From the NCBI RefSeq assembly GCF_006345805.1, contig NC_043000.1:109740001-109804000 (forward strand): DNA of 64,000 nt. Reading direction: 5' to 3'. Position 1 is the first letter of the stretch; each line of letters begins with the position of its first letter. Positions 49,063-62,324 of the stretch are shown piece after piece. The DNA comes from Octopus sinensis (taxonomy: Eukaryota). The notes beneath the pieces were generated by a model, which saw nothing but the letters and a program-made list of their open reading frames with translations, was not told the origin of the DNA and did no database searches. The translations under genes were made by a program, and so were the position numbers.

Positions 49063-52000
49063 CACATATGTATGCATGTACCTGTATGTTTTTTGTTGTT
49101 GTTTTCCACTGCATTTAACTCCTCTCAAGACATCTACATGTTTAACAAACTATTTAAAAATACATGAACATAAATATTTTTAGTTAGCAGAAATCTGCAC
49201 CCCCTCCATGCACACAGACATGACAGGCTTCATATAGTTTCTATCAACCAGTTCCACTAAAAATGCATTGGTTGGCCTAGGGCTTGCTCTAGATGCTATG
49301 CATCTTTGAGATAATTTGTCTTTACTGGTGAACTAGTAGAGGCAGCAAACTACAAAAGTCTTTAAACCATTGTATAGAATGCCTCACAGTTGGCTTTTTT
49401 GGGGAGGGAGAGGGTTGTTTTTAAATCTTGGTACGGTCAATTTTGCCTCTCATTCTTTTAGATTCTGTAAAAAGAAAGCACCAATTCTGGACAGCAGATC
49501 ATCATCATTGTCTGTTTTCATGTTGGCCTGGTTTGGACAGTTCAAAAGGATCCAGAAAGTCACGGGGCTGTAGTGAACCTCAGTGTCTGTTTTGGCATTG
49601 TTTCTCCAGCTGAATCTCCTTCCTAACCCCAACCACTTTACAGCATGGACTGGGTGCCCCTTGTCATGCTAATGTCACGAGTGAGGTTGCCAAGTAACTT
49701 GCAAAACTGAAGAAAGGACAGGGGTGGGAAAGACAAAGCCTGCATGACTAAGTAGAAAGGTAGGGAGGTGGCTTTATGCCAGGGGTTGAAAGGCTAATGG
49801 GGGGCTCAGGCCGGGGGTCCCAAATGGTAAGCCTCCTGCAGATGGTAGGTAAAATGTCTGCTGGTATAATAGATCAATGGATTATTAGAAGTGTAAAAAC
49901 AGGAGATCTGATAGCTTTCCTTGATATTCTTCTTTCCAGTTCTTTGTTCTCTCTTTATAATTTCCTACCATGGCCATCTACTTGAGTGCTGACCTTAATC
50001 CGTCGCTCAGTTTAATACGATCACCATGAGTGCCTTTCGGACGTCGTGGGTACTGCTTTACTTCATCATCATCATCATCATCATAACATCCACTTTTCCA
50101 TGCATGAGTTGGAGAGAAACTGTTGAGGCAGACTTTCTACAGCCGGATGCCCTTCCTGTCACCAACCCTCACCTGTTTCCAAGCAGGGAAATATTCCCCC
50201 AGGGTCACAATGTTTTAATGGAGGTTTAGAAACAATAGACACTTCTTGCAAGATGCGGGTAACACTTGTTTACAACAACCCTGTGATGTCAAAGCAAAGG
50301 CATAGCAACACACACACAACAGGTGCCCTTTAGCCTTTTTCATCAAATCCATGTGGTTACGAAGCAAGCCTCTTAACACATAGCCCACCTGTTCCTTTAG
50401 AAAGTACTTTCTTGAGTCCAAGGGCTCATAGGGCCTCATCACCCAGTTTCCATGATGTTTACATGATCAAAGTCATGACATTTCCCCTAACTGGGACGCC
50501 AGTTCATTGCAGGGTTATTGATTCACGGCTGAGTGGATTAAAATATTGTGTTTTGTTCAAGAACACAATGCAGCACCTAGGCCACAAGCTTGTGATTGTG
50601 AGTGCAACACCCTGGCCACTAGGCCACACACCTTTACTTGAACCAATACTTTGTAACCAAAAGATGAAAAGAAAAACATTTCTGTTTTCTTTTTTTAATC
50701 AGAATATTGGTTTCACATTTTAGCACAAGGCCAGTAATTTGGGCAGGAGATAAGTCAGTTACATTGACCCCTAATGCACAACTGGTACTTATTTTAAGGA
50801 CAAAAGACAAAGGTGACCTTATCAGAATTTGAACTCAGAATTTGAAATGCCGCTAAGCATTTCACCCAACATGCTAACGATTCTGCCAGTTTGCTGCTTT
50901 TTTTAAATCAGAATATTAAAAAGTCTGTTTCAAATATGCCCCCCCCCCCTGAACCAACTGTATGAACATTTTTTATATGGATTTATCAGTTTTCTTGTTT
51001 GTTTGTAACCAGTAGTTTACTGTAACCTAATCAATTGTCATATATTGATTGCTATTTGAACCTTTTTTTTCTGGTTGTTGTTGTACCTAAATCAATACTA
51101 CCATAACAACAATGCCTCAAGAAGTAAACCAGAATAGATATGCCAAATCTACCCATAACAACAACAACAACAATAATAATAATAGTAATAATACACGTAT
51201 AAAAAAAAATCTATTTTAGTTGTCCTGTACATCAATTTCTGAAAGTGCATTGGCTTAGAAAGAGTGGGTGTTTCATTCACACGTGGACATACAACTGTCA
51301 AGCACCACACACTCACTCATACTTAGAATAACGGTTAAGGCATTGAAGTTTTGGTAAGGCAAGTTTATTTTTGTTTATACATGCATACACCTCATTATCA
51401 TCGTCAGCATCATCATCGTTTAAATGTCTCTTTTCCATGCTGGCATGGGTTGGATAGTAAACTATTACATGACTCATATACAGAAATGATAGATCCATTG
51501 AGCTTTGTGTTTGTGTGATTGGACAGAGAGTTCCCTTTACTGTCACATGGTTTCAAGCTCTATCTCACTTGTGATATCTTTCGTGAGTGTCTTCCTCTGT
51601 AGCTTAGGGCCAACAAATGCCTTAACTGCTAACAGTTGATGGAAACTCTATGGAAGCACTTTGAATGTATTTGCAGCTTATGTTAAATAATGTTCAACCC
51701 TACCTACCAGCTTTGAAACTTTTGTACAATTGTTGGATACTGTGTTTAATATATGTATGTATAGGGATATATACACATGCACACACATGCACACACACAC
51801 TTGTGTGTGTGTAATTTAAAAATCATTAAAGTATCACACAAACAAATGTTTTTCTTTATATTTCAACACATAACTCCCTGAATATTGAGGTCTTTTATAT
51901 ATTTAATCAAAATTTACCTCTTTTAAAATGCAATTCAAACAGAATTTTAGAAGATCAAGATATAAACACAGCCAGAATCCCTTAACAAATGCTAAGTTAC

Positions 52001-52801
52001 TTACCAACATTATATGAAACCTAACTGTCAAAAAATGTGGAAGATCAAATTGTGGCATTTGCATTAATGTATCCAAAGATTCAGAACAAAATTTTAAAGT
52101 CAAAATAATTTGACATGCTATTGATATGACAAGCATTACATTGGCCAAACAGGTATGTCAATTAGAAAACAGATGACAGTGCTCCAACAACAAATGCACA
52201 ATCTGGACACAAGAATGATTCCACTCTTGAACATTTAGATTACTCTGATAAAATTCAGTTCACTTTATACTAATGTTCAGAAGAAACAAAACATGAAGCA
52301 ACAATTTATTAATGAAAAATATAAACTACTGAGTCTAAATTTTTTATAATTGTGAAACTAAATTTTTAATGTAAAAATCAGCATTTGTTAAAATATGTTT
52401 ATTCACCTCTTTTTGAATATTTAAAGCATACAAACCAAACTGATACTCACAGTGTCCCCTCAATCCCCATTTGTAATCCTCTGTTATGCTCTTTTCACAT
52501 TCTAATGACTTTAGCCATCCATTCAACTTTGCCCTTCCCCTGCCCCTATTCTTTTTCTCTCATGTTCACTTTCCACCTTGACCCTGTACTTCTCTGTTTC
52601 TGGATGAGGAAATCATAACGGAATGTTAGCAGCCAGACATTACTCATGTACATGAAAATGATTATCTTCCGTGTAATAATGCACTTAGAATATGTGTTAA
52701 TAGATTTTGAAACAATTTCTTCGTAATTTAGAGTAATTTAATTACAACACGGAAGGAATAGTTCATTTTCTTCTCTTTATTATTTTTATATAAATATATA
52801 T

Positions 52802-53093
52802 TCTTTTACTTGTTTCAGTCTGTGGCCATGCTGGAGCACTACCTTTAGTCAAACAAATCGACACAGAACATATTCTTTGTAAGCCTAGTACTTATTCTAT
52901 CAGTCTCTTTTGGCAAACTGCTAAGTTATGGGGACATAAACACACCAACATCAGTTGTCAACCAAATATACTCAAAAGGGTTAGGTCGGCCCGAGGCTAT
53001 AGAAGACACTTGCCCAAGGTGCCACACAGTGAGGCTGAACCTAGAACCATGTGGTTAGGAAGCAAGCTACTCACCACATGGCCACTCCTGCAC
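52802..53093 (-). mobile_element. SINE family A copy (internally deleted)
   Basis: Head and tail are present; the middle is shortened. Confidence 0.72.
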
Positions 53094-55749
53094 TTATGTA
53101 TATATATTTGATGGAAATCTGGCAGTGTGGTTTAGCAGCTTGCTTCTCAACTATGTAGTCTTGGGTTCAATCCCATTGTATTGTAACTTGGACACATGTC
53201 TTCTACTGTGGTTCTGGGTTGACCAAAGCCTTGTGTGTGTAGCGTGTGTCTCAAGTATCATTATCAGGCGAGTAATGTCATTCATTTCCAATTCTCCATG
53301 GAAAACATGTCTGACCAGGAAGAAATATTACCTTTCTTGGAGATAGGTGGAGATTAGCAATAGGAAAGAAGGAAGGATGTCTAACCATAGGAAATCTGGC
53401 CCAACAAATTCTATCTAATCCATGCAAGCATGGAATTGTGTGTGTGTGTAACTAAGTATCAACCAAACCATCAGATGGTGTTATATCATGGAGGTCTTCC
53501 AAGTGGCTTTTTTCCACTCTCTCGAATACCACTTGGCAACTGCACAGGTCAACCTTGTTGTCTGGGAACCTTGTAACATGTCCCACCCCAGCAGATCTTG
53601 TGCTTTTGGCATTCTGCAATCACATCATTCAGTCTGCTCTTTTCTCAAATTGTCTCATTTCAAATGAACTCTTTTAATGAAATTTCTAACAAGGATCTTT
53701 CCATGGCCCTTTCTGTTGTGAACAATTGATGTTCTATCCTCTTCATTGTCGCCGATGTCTCACTTGCATATAAGGGCACAGGGACAGTGCTATATGCCAG
53801 ACCATTCAGTATATATATATGTGTGTGCGTACACATGCACGTAGACACATATGTACACTTATGCACACACACACACGCAAGTGTGTAAGTGTTTATGTTC
53901 CGTGTGTGTGTATTCATAGAAGTGTGTGACCAAAAACATGGGAAGATAAAATATGACACTCAACATTATATCAGATTCTGTCACAAACACGACTACATTT
54001 ACCATCATGCTTGGGTAGACTTGGAATATTCAACCACCATGAAATAGGTTACACAAATAGCACTGACCATTTTCTTTACCATGATATTTCTTAAGTAGAA
54101 CAACAGTCACAATCGGAAATGCACTGAAATTCAACATGGCTGAGTCTGGTTTTCTTTTTTTTTTCAATTTATTTATCAAATATAAACTGAAGTCTGGATA
54201 AATAGAGGCAGTGAAGAGCTTACGAGAGTGAGTCCATTGATAGGAAATAAATAAACGAGGAACATAGGTCTCTGTGTGTTTGTGTGCATGCATGTGGGTG
54301 TATGCATGTGATTAATGGAACGTATCATGTTTTTCTTTGTTATTCAAGCCCATCATATATGTATATATATGTGTATATATGTTTGTGTGTCTCTGTTTGT
54401 CCTCCCAACATCACTTGACAACTGATGTTGGTGTGTTTATGTCCCCGTAACTAATCAGTTCGGCAAAAAGGGTTCTGATAGAATAAGTACTTGGCTTACA
54501 AAGAATAAGTCCTGGGGTTCATTTCTTCGACTAAAGGTGGTGATCCAGCATGGCCACAGTCAAATGACTGAAACAAAGAAAAGAATTAAAAAATCCTCCT
54601 CTTTCCATACTTATATATTCTCATATATAGATACACACACACACACACATTTATATATATCTCTTGTCTTCTCTTCCCTTTTCTTGTTTCAGTCATTAGA
54701 CTGTGGTCATGCTGGAGCACTTCCTTGGAGAATTCTAAGCAAATGAATCAACCCCAGCACATTTTTCCTACGCCTGTTTCTTATTCTATGAGTCTCTTTT
54801 GCCAAACCACTATGTTATGCGGACATAAACACATTAACACCGGTTGTCACGTGGTGAGGTGGACACACGGACACACACATTGGGCTTCTTTCAGTTCCCA
54901 TCTACCAAATCCACTGACAAAGCTTTGGCCTGTCTGAGGCTATAGTAGAAGACACTTGCCCAAGTTGCTATTCAATGGAACTGAACCCAGAACCATGTGG
55001 TTGGGAAACACACACACACACACACATATATATCTAGACACACATCTATATATATATAGACCCTATGTGTGAGGGAGTGTGTGTGTAAACCAATACAGAG
55101 TAGAAGGGATGTTTTTTTATTAGTTCCACCCCAAACAAAATCTCTCCTTTACTGGTGAGTGTCACGACAGAATGCACCCCTGTTGTAATGTGACACTGAA
55201 ACCATATCCAACGTCCACCAGCTGAAGACAATGGGATTATAATGATGACAAAGTGCGCGTGTGTGTGTGTGTAACCTTGTCTGGACATTGCGTGACGGTT
55301 GTAAACAAGCCTTGTCGTTGTTGTCATCACAACAAGTGAGGTTGTTCTTGTAAATCTTCCATGAAGAACATGTCTGGCTAAATGAAAAATACTGCTTTAC
55401 AGAGAAACAGGTGAAGGTTGGTGGCAGGAAGGGCACCCAGCTGTTGAATGTCTGCCTCGACAAAATTTTTATCTGACCCGTGCGAGCACGGAAAAATGGA
55501 TGTCAAATGATGATGATCAGGAGGAGGAGGAGGAGGATTGATGACATCTCAGTATCATCATCATTATCACATGATGTCCATTTGATACGTTGGTGTGGGT
55601 CAGATGTTTTGACAGGATCCAGTGAGCTGCAGGGTTGCATTGAGCCCCAATGTCAGCTTTGACATGGTTCCAGTTTTCTACAGTTTTGTGTATCTGTGTG
55701 GTTAAGAATCTTGCCCCTCCAACCGCACAGTCGTCAGTGGAACTGGTAG

Positions 55750-56880
55750 ACTGTCATCATAGCTCGATTAATTAGGAAGAGAGTTAGTCTAGATGAGATG
55801 CATTGTGCCAGGGAGAAGCACCACCAATGTTCTCTTCCTGGTGAGGCAATTGCAGGAGAAATACTTGGCCAAAAATAAACATTTGTATTTGGCTTTTGTT
55901 GAATGGTGAAAGCCTCTGATGGGACCCCTGCACCCTTATCTGGTGGGGCAATGCGGGAAGCTAGGGATAGATGAGTGGTTAGTGAGAGCTGTAAAAGCCA
56001 TGTACAGGGATGCTGCCAGTAAGATGAAGGTTGGCTATGAGAAAAACAAGGAATCTAGTGTAAAAATAGTTTACCAGGGATCAGTTCTCAGCCCTTTCTT
56101 GTTTATCATAGTCCTCCAAACTATAACAGAGGAATCTAAGACTGGCTGCCCTTGGGAGCTCCTCCAAACTGAAGACTTTATTCTTATAGCTAAAGCCCTA
56201 CTTGAACTAGAGAAGAGATTTCAGGTATGGAAGCAAGGTCTGGAATCCAAGAGCCTTAGAGTTAATTTAGCAAAGACCAAAGTCCTAATAAGTAGGAAAG
56301 CAGATAAATCACAGACCCCTCAGTGAGATGGCCCTGCTCAATATGTAGAAAAGATGTCGGGATAAACTCCACAAAGTGTACCCAATGCAAGCTACGGACA
56401 CTTTAATGGTGCAGCTGTATTACTAGACGATTAACAGAGAAAGTAGTCTTTACATGGGGCTGATGTGCAGGTACATTAAACACCAGGAGTGTACAAATAA
56501 TAGACTCCTTCAAATGTTAGAAGGGATCCTTAGAAGTAGGAGGCAGTTTCCGTTACTTAGGTGACCAAGTTATAACTGGGCAGGGGTTGTTCCAAAAGCA
56601 TAGCTGCTAGAATCAGAATGGGCTGGGCAAAGTTCAGAGAGCTAGCACTTCTGTTAGTAATAAAGGGCCTCTCCCTCAGAGTGAAAGGCAGATGCCTGTG
56701 TACAAACAGCTATGCTGCATGGTAGTGAGACATGGTCTGTGGTTACTGAGGACATGCAAAAGGTTGAAAGAAATGAAGCCAATATTCTCCACTGGATGGG
56801 TAATGTCGGTGCACATATACGACAGAGTGTGATTTAAGAGTAAAACTGAGTATATGAGGCACCAGAAGGAGTGTGCAATA
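55750..56880 (+). pseudogene. Degenerate RTE LINE RT fragment, same family as 60002-61951
   Basis: ORF 55919-56326 (KLGIDEWLVRAVKAMYRDAAS...QGSVLSPFLF...NLAKTK) is collinear with the 60002 ORF. Frameshifts and stops occur on either side. Confidence 0.88.
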
Positions 56881-58754
56881 TTATTATTATTTAAAACGGG
56901 TTGATTTGGTCTCAGGCAGCCAAATGTAGGAATCAAGAAGCCCAAGGTCTGGATTCTTATAATGAGCCAAAGAAACTTTGTTGCCTGAAGCGAAATCAAA
57001 TTGTTTTAAATAATATGTGACTCCTACCAAAATGTGTTGATTGTCTTTTGTTTGTCCACTCATCTATATGTTATTTAATGTCCATTTTCCATGCTGGCAT
57101 GGGTTGGACAATGTGTATTTGTGTGTGTAATTTAATTTAGAAATTACTTGATCCTGAAATTTGGCATCATCATCATCATCGTTACCATAAACAGAATTAA
57201 TGCCATTCCTTATTTTTGTTTTAGTAGTTTAGAACATTGTTATCAAATATTTGTGTTGCACGTGTTTCTGTCATTATGCAATAAAACTAATTTGTTGGTC
57301 TCTATGATTGCTTTCTGGAAATGGAGACTCTTGAGTGGATATCAAATAACATATTAGCTTAGGTAACTTAGAACAAAAAAAAAAAAAAAAAAATTATATG
57401 ACTACATGTGTGTGTGTGTGTGTGCATGTTTGCATTAAAATTGGATGTGGGTGTGTCTTGTGTGAGAGCATTAGTTGCAGTTTTCAGAGTGAAGGAGATG
57501 GTGTTCCACCAGCTGCAGTGTCAATAAATCTTTTCTGCTGCTTGATTCTCTCTGGCTCAGTTCACCCAGCTGTAAATATGTACTGTAAAGTGGTACAGTA
57601 CATCAGTTTAAGCAGCAGGAAAACCACAGAAAAACTGAATGTTATTCTTTAGCTTGTTGCCGTACACACTGATGAATCTCACAGTGGAATTGAAATCAGT
57701 CTGGTTCGCTGATCCCTTTTTTTTTTTTTCTGTTCTGTCCACAAAGATGGTGTCTCTTTAAACAAGGTACTTCTCTCTTAAAACGTACAATGTCGGCTAA
57801 AAATCTATTGATATATTCTCTTCAGTGTAACATTAAAACACAACACTGTTTACGCATGAATGGTTTTCAAAAAATACACTATAGATGCAGCTGTGGCTGT
57901 GTGGTTGAGAAGTTTGCTGCCCAACTACAAGGTTTTGGGTTCAGTCCCACTACATGGCACCTTGCACATATGTCTTCTACAATAACCCCTGGCCAACCTA
58001 ATTTTTGTGAGTGTGTTTGATAGATGGAAACTGGAAGAATCCCACTATATATGTATGTGCCCTTGGTATTGCATGATAGTTGTAAAGGAGTGTCACTGTC
58101 TTATAAGCGGTGTCATTTCTTTCCAATATTCTGCAAGAACATGTCTGTTCATGGGAAATATTCTACTGCTTAGAAACAAGTGAGGATTGGTGACAGGGAG
58201 AGCACCTCACTGTAGAAAATCCACCAGAACTAACTTCATCAAACTGATGCAAGCAAGAAAAAGTAAGAATGATAAAGAATTCATAGAAAAACATTGGTGG
58301 CTGATAGGGAAAAGGAGTCAATATGCTATGGATGCTGAGATGTTGGTCAAGAATCAAGCTTGCAACTTGAAATTTTTAGTGTGTAAACAGGAAGAAAATG
58401 TTTCCTTTCTTCCATTTCCCAGTAAAATTCTAAATAGAAGAGAAGTTGCCTTTCTGTGCATATTATATAAGATTTCTCATGAGAGTTACCAGTTATATGT
58501 AATTTTGGCCACCCTGTTGCAATGTAAAGTTGTTCACAGCTAAACAAACTTCGTTGCCTCACTAGGTGAGCTTGGTGTGGAGCATTGCTAGAAACGCGAC
58601 AAGGCAAAAACCCGAAATGAGACAATGAAGCAATTTTGGTGCAGCTCTTTGGATGCAGAACAATTAGGCACAACTGATTGGACATTCAATCTGTTTTGGC
58701 AGAAGTATTTTTTGGCACTGGAAACACCCCCACACACTCACACAATTGTGTGTG

Positions 58755-59988
58755 TGTGTGTAAGATATTTGAGGACAGATTTATGTTTATAAAGCAGCAG
58801 ATATATAACAGATAATAACTTTATATATCAAAAATTGCTATGAGGATAAAAATATTCCTTCTTTTCTATAATGTTATTCAATAAAGCCACCTTCAGCTTC
58901 AACAACCGCTTCTATATGAGATCTAAATCATCTACATGCTTGAATCAAGTGGTCTTGGTTCATTTTGGACATTACTCTGACTATGGCAGCTTTCAAAGAG
59001 TCTTTGGTGTTATGGGCATGTTCATTGACCTCTCTCTCAACAGCACTCCACATGTAATAGTCCAATAGATTGAGATCTGGGGAATTAGGAGGCCAAATGT
59101 TAGGGGTTATGTGATCATGAACATTTTTAGCCATCCATTCCTGTGTTACTACAGCCATATGTGATAGTGCAGAGTCTTACTGAAACACATATGGCCTTCC
59201 ATTGCATACATTGTCTATCCAGGGCTTAACAATTATGTCGAGGACCTCAATGTAGGCGGTAGAGTTAACTCTAAGGCCTTGTGGAAGAAGTAAAGAGGCA
59301 TCGCATGTCCTTCATTGATGACAACCCCTAAAACTATGACAGCTTCTGGAAATTTTGTATGCATAACACTTGGAACTTCAGAAGGGTCTGCACATTAGCA
59401 TCTGTCATTTCCTCGGTTAACTTTTTCTTGTTTGAGAATAACCAAATCAAATCTTCTGCTGGATTTTTCAGTTTGTTTAAGAGCCTTTTAGATCTGGTGT
59501 GGTGATTTTCTTTTGCTTTTTCTAACAAATTGACCTTTCCTTATCATATAAGACATATATCTGATGTCTTCATGAACATCATTTCTGACTGTTCCTTCTG
59601 ACACATGGAGATCTTTTGCAGTTGACCTCATGGACTTTCTAGGATTGCAATCAATGGTCTGTTGAACTTGCTGGATAAATTCAGGTGTTCTGACAATTTC
59701 AGAGCATTTGGAATGCTTTTTATGCTTTGATACTGGTGATACGTTTCCATCTTCAGTCTCTAACTCCTTACAAACTTTGTAGACAAAACATCTGGAAATT
59801 TTTTAAAATCGAGATATTTCTAAGTCACTATACTCAGCCTTTATAACCAAAATAATAGCATACCTCTTCATTTCTTAAGCTGTGGGTCTGCCATTATTAT
59901 TTTCTGAAACAAAGATTACACAGAATTAACAAAAAAAATGCAGCAATGACTCAAAAAAGTTATGTTGTCAAATACCTTATGCACCTTG
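58755..59988 (-). mobile_element. Decayed Tc1/mariner-superfamily DD37D (maT) DNA transposon
   Basis: Minus strand reads an HTH-like N-terminus (MKRYAIILVIKAEYSDLEISRFLKISR...), RSKRLLNKLK...IWLFS, and FQ*DSALSH...WPPNSPDLNLLDY with 37 residues between the last two Asp (codons 59174-59176 and 59060-59062). TIR-like end CAAGGTGCATAAGGTATTTGAC next to TA at 59989. The left boundary is uncertain. Confidence 0.82.
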
Positions 59989-60001
59989 TATATATATATA
60001 T

Positions 60002-61336
60002 ATGCAGTTTGGGTTTGTGCCAGGGAAAAGTACTACTGATGCTATATTCCTGGTAAGGCAGCTGCAGGAGAAATACCTAGCCAAAGATAAGCCCCTGTAC
60101 CTGGCTTTTGTTGACATGGAGAAAGCCTTCGACAGGGTCCCCCGATCCCTTATCTGGTGGGCAATGAGGAAACTAGGGATAGATGAATGGTTAGTGAGAG
60201 CTGTGCGGGCCATGTACAGGGACGCCGCTAGTAGGGTGAGGGTTGGAAATGTGTACAGTGAAGAATTCCGGGTAGAGGTAGGAGTCCACCAAGGCTCAGT
60301 ACTCAGCCCCCTCCTATTTATCATAGTCCTCCAGGGAATAACGGAGGAATTCAAGACAGGATGCCCTTGGGAGCTCCTCTATGCTGATGACCTTGCTCTA
60401 ATTGCTGAGTCGCTATCAGAACTGGAGGAGAAGTTTCAGGTGTGGAAACAAGGATTAGAATCGAAGGGCCTCAGAGTCAATCTAGCTAAAACCAAAGTCG
60501 TAATCAGTAGGAAGGTAGACAAATCACAAACACCTTCAGGTAGATGGCCCTGCTCGATCTGTAGAAAAGGTGTAGGTAGAAACTCTATAAGATGCACCAA
60601 GTGTAAGCTATGGACACATAAGAGATGCAGCAATGTCAAAGGAAGGCTAACTAGGAAGATGGTTTTTGTATGTGGCAGATGCTCAGGAACAATAAACACT
60701 GAAAATGCTCTGAGACCAACTTCCGTCACTTTCCAGGGAGAAAAACTAGAAATAGTTGATAGTTTCCGTTACCTAGGTGACCAAGTCAGCAGCGGGGGCG
60801 GGTGTGCTGAAAGTGTAACTGCTAGAGTAAGAATAGCTTGGGCAAAGTTCAGAGAGCTCTTACCTCTGCTGGTGACAAAAGGCCTCTCGCACAGAGTGAA
60901 AGGCAGACTGTATGATGCGTGTGTACGAACAGCCATGCTACATGGCAGTGAAACATGGGCCGTGACTGCTGAGGATATGCGTAAGCTCGCTAGAAATGAA
61001 GCCAGTATGCTCCGATGGATGTGTAATGCCGGTACTCACACTCGGCAGAGTGTAAGTACCTTGAGAGAAAAGCTGGACCTAAGAAGCATCAGTTGTGGTG
61101 TGCAAGAGAGACGTTTGCGCTGGTATGGTCATGTGGCGAGAATGGATGAAGATAGTTGTGTGAAAAAGTGCCACACCCTAGCGGTTGAGGGAACCTGTGG
61201 AAGAGGCAGACCCAGGAAAACCTGGGACGAGGTGGTGAAGCACGACCTTCGAACTTTAGGTCTCACTGAGGAAATGACTAGAGACCGAGACCTCTGGAAG
61301 TGTGCTGTGCGCGAGAAGACCCGGCAGGACAAGTGA
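60002..61336 (+). CDS. Non-LTR reverse transcriptase (RTE clade), N-terminally truncated, with embedded PHD-type zinc finger
   Basis: Motifs QFGF..GKSTTDAIF, FVDMEKAFD, GVHQGSVLSPLLF, LLYADDLAL, NLAKTK, FRYLG and the C-terminal GRGRPRKTW. No APE endonuclease in the window. C-x2-C-x10-C-x2-C-x4-H-x2-C-x14-C-x2-C at 60551-60682. Confidence 0.92.
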   Translation: MQFGFVPGKSTTDAIFLVRQLQEKYLAKDKPLYLAFVDMEKAFDRVPRSLIWWAMRKLGIDEWLVRAVRAMYRDAASRVRVGNVYSEEFRVEVGVHQGSVLSPLLFIIVLQGITEEFKTGCPWELLYADDLALIAESLSELEEKFQVWKQGLESKGLRVNLAKTKVVISRKVDKSQTPSGRWPCSICRKGVGRNSIRCTKCKLWTHKRCSNVKGRLTRKMVFVCGRCSGTINTENALRPTSVTFQGEKLEIVDSFRYLGDQVSSGGGCAESVTARVRIAWAKFRELLPLLVTKGLSHRVKGRLYDACVRTAMLHGSETWAVTAEDMRKLARNEASMLRWMCNAGTHTRQSVSTLREKLDLRSISCGVQERRLRWYGHVARMDEDSCVKKCHTLAVEGTCGRGRPRKTWDEVVKHDLRTLGLTEEMTRDRDLWKCAVREKTRQDK

Positions 61337-61951
61337 GTCCATAACCCGTGGCCTTCTACATGGGATGGAGCCAGCCTACGTATGCATACCTTCCCTTCTT
61401 GGGACACAAAACTCTACTTGTGAAGACGTGTTGAGGCAAGTGAGGATCAGAATCGAAATCGATCAATGGAAATTGCGGATGTGCTACCAGTGCCGGTGGA
61501 ATGTCGAAACTCTGCTTGTGAAGACCCATTGAGGCAAGTGAGGATCAGAATCGAAATCGATCAATGGAAATCGATTAAAGGAAATTGCAGATGTGTTACC
61601 AGTGCCGGTGGCATGTAAGAGAACTTTCCGTTTCGCGACCGTTGCCAGCACCGCCCCGTTTCGTGTCCGTTGCCAGCCTCGCCTGGCCCTCGTGCCGGTG
61701 GCACATAAAAAGCACCATCCGTTCGTGGCCGTTTGCCAGCTCTGTCTGGCACCAGTGCGGGTGGCACGTAAAAAGCACCTACTACACTCACGAAGTGGTT
61801 GGCGTTAGGAAGGGCATCCAGCCGTAGAAACACTGCCATATTTGACTGGGCCTGATGAAGCCTTCTGGCTTCACAGACCCCAGTAGAACCGTCCAACCCA
61901 TGCTAGCATGGAAAACGGACGCTAAACGATGATGATGATGATGATGATGAT
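60002..61951 (+). mobile_element. RTE-clade LINE, 5'-truncated, recent copy
   Basis: Uninterrupted 444-aa RT ORF, then a ~600-nt 3'UTR with internal tandem repeats ending in (GAT)n at 61928-61951. Flanked on both sides by (TA)n. Confidence 0.93.
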
Positions 61952-62324
61952 ATATATATATATATATATGTAAGTATATGTGTATATATGTGTATGTGTG
62001 TATGCGTATGTATGTGTGTATATATATGTGTGTGTATGTGTATGTATATATGTATATATATATATGTATGTGTATGTTTATATATGTATGTACACACATG
62101 TGTGTGTGTGTGTGTTTGTCTAATTGATATTCCACTGTAATTCTACTTTTAGACCCAAGTTCATACGTAATCTTGGATGATTTTGAATTTTCATTTTTGA
62201 AAATATAAAGAAAAAAATTCTGTTTGAATTGGACATTGTATAATTGAATTAAAATTAATCTAGATAAATATTTTCTTTTTCTTTTTTTCCCCTAAATATT
62301 TATTCCTTTGTTTGTTTATTGTAG

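Noticed and set aside
57660-57705. CTGATGA...GAAA hammerhead-like string
   Set aside because: Stem II needs a 1-nt loop and a mismatch, and stem I has only 2 bp.
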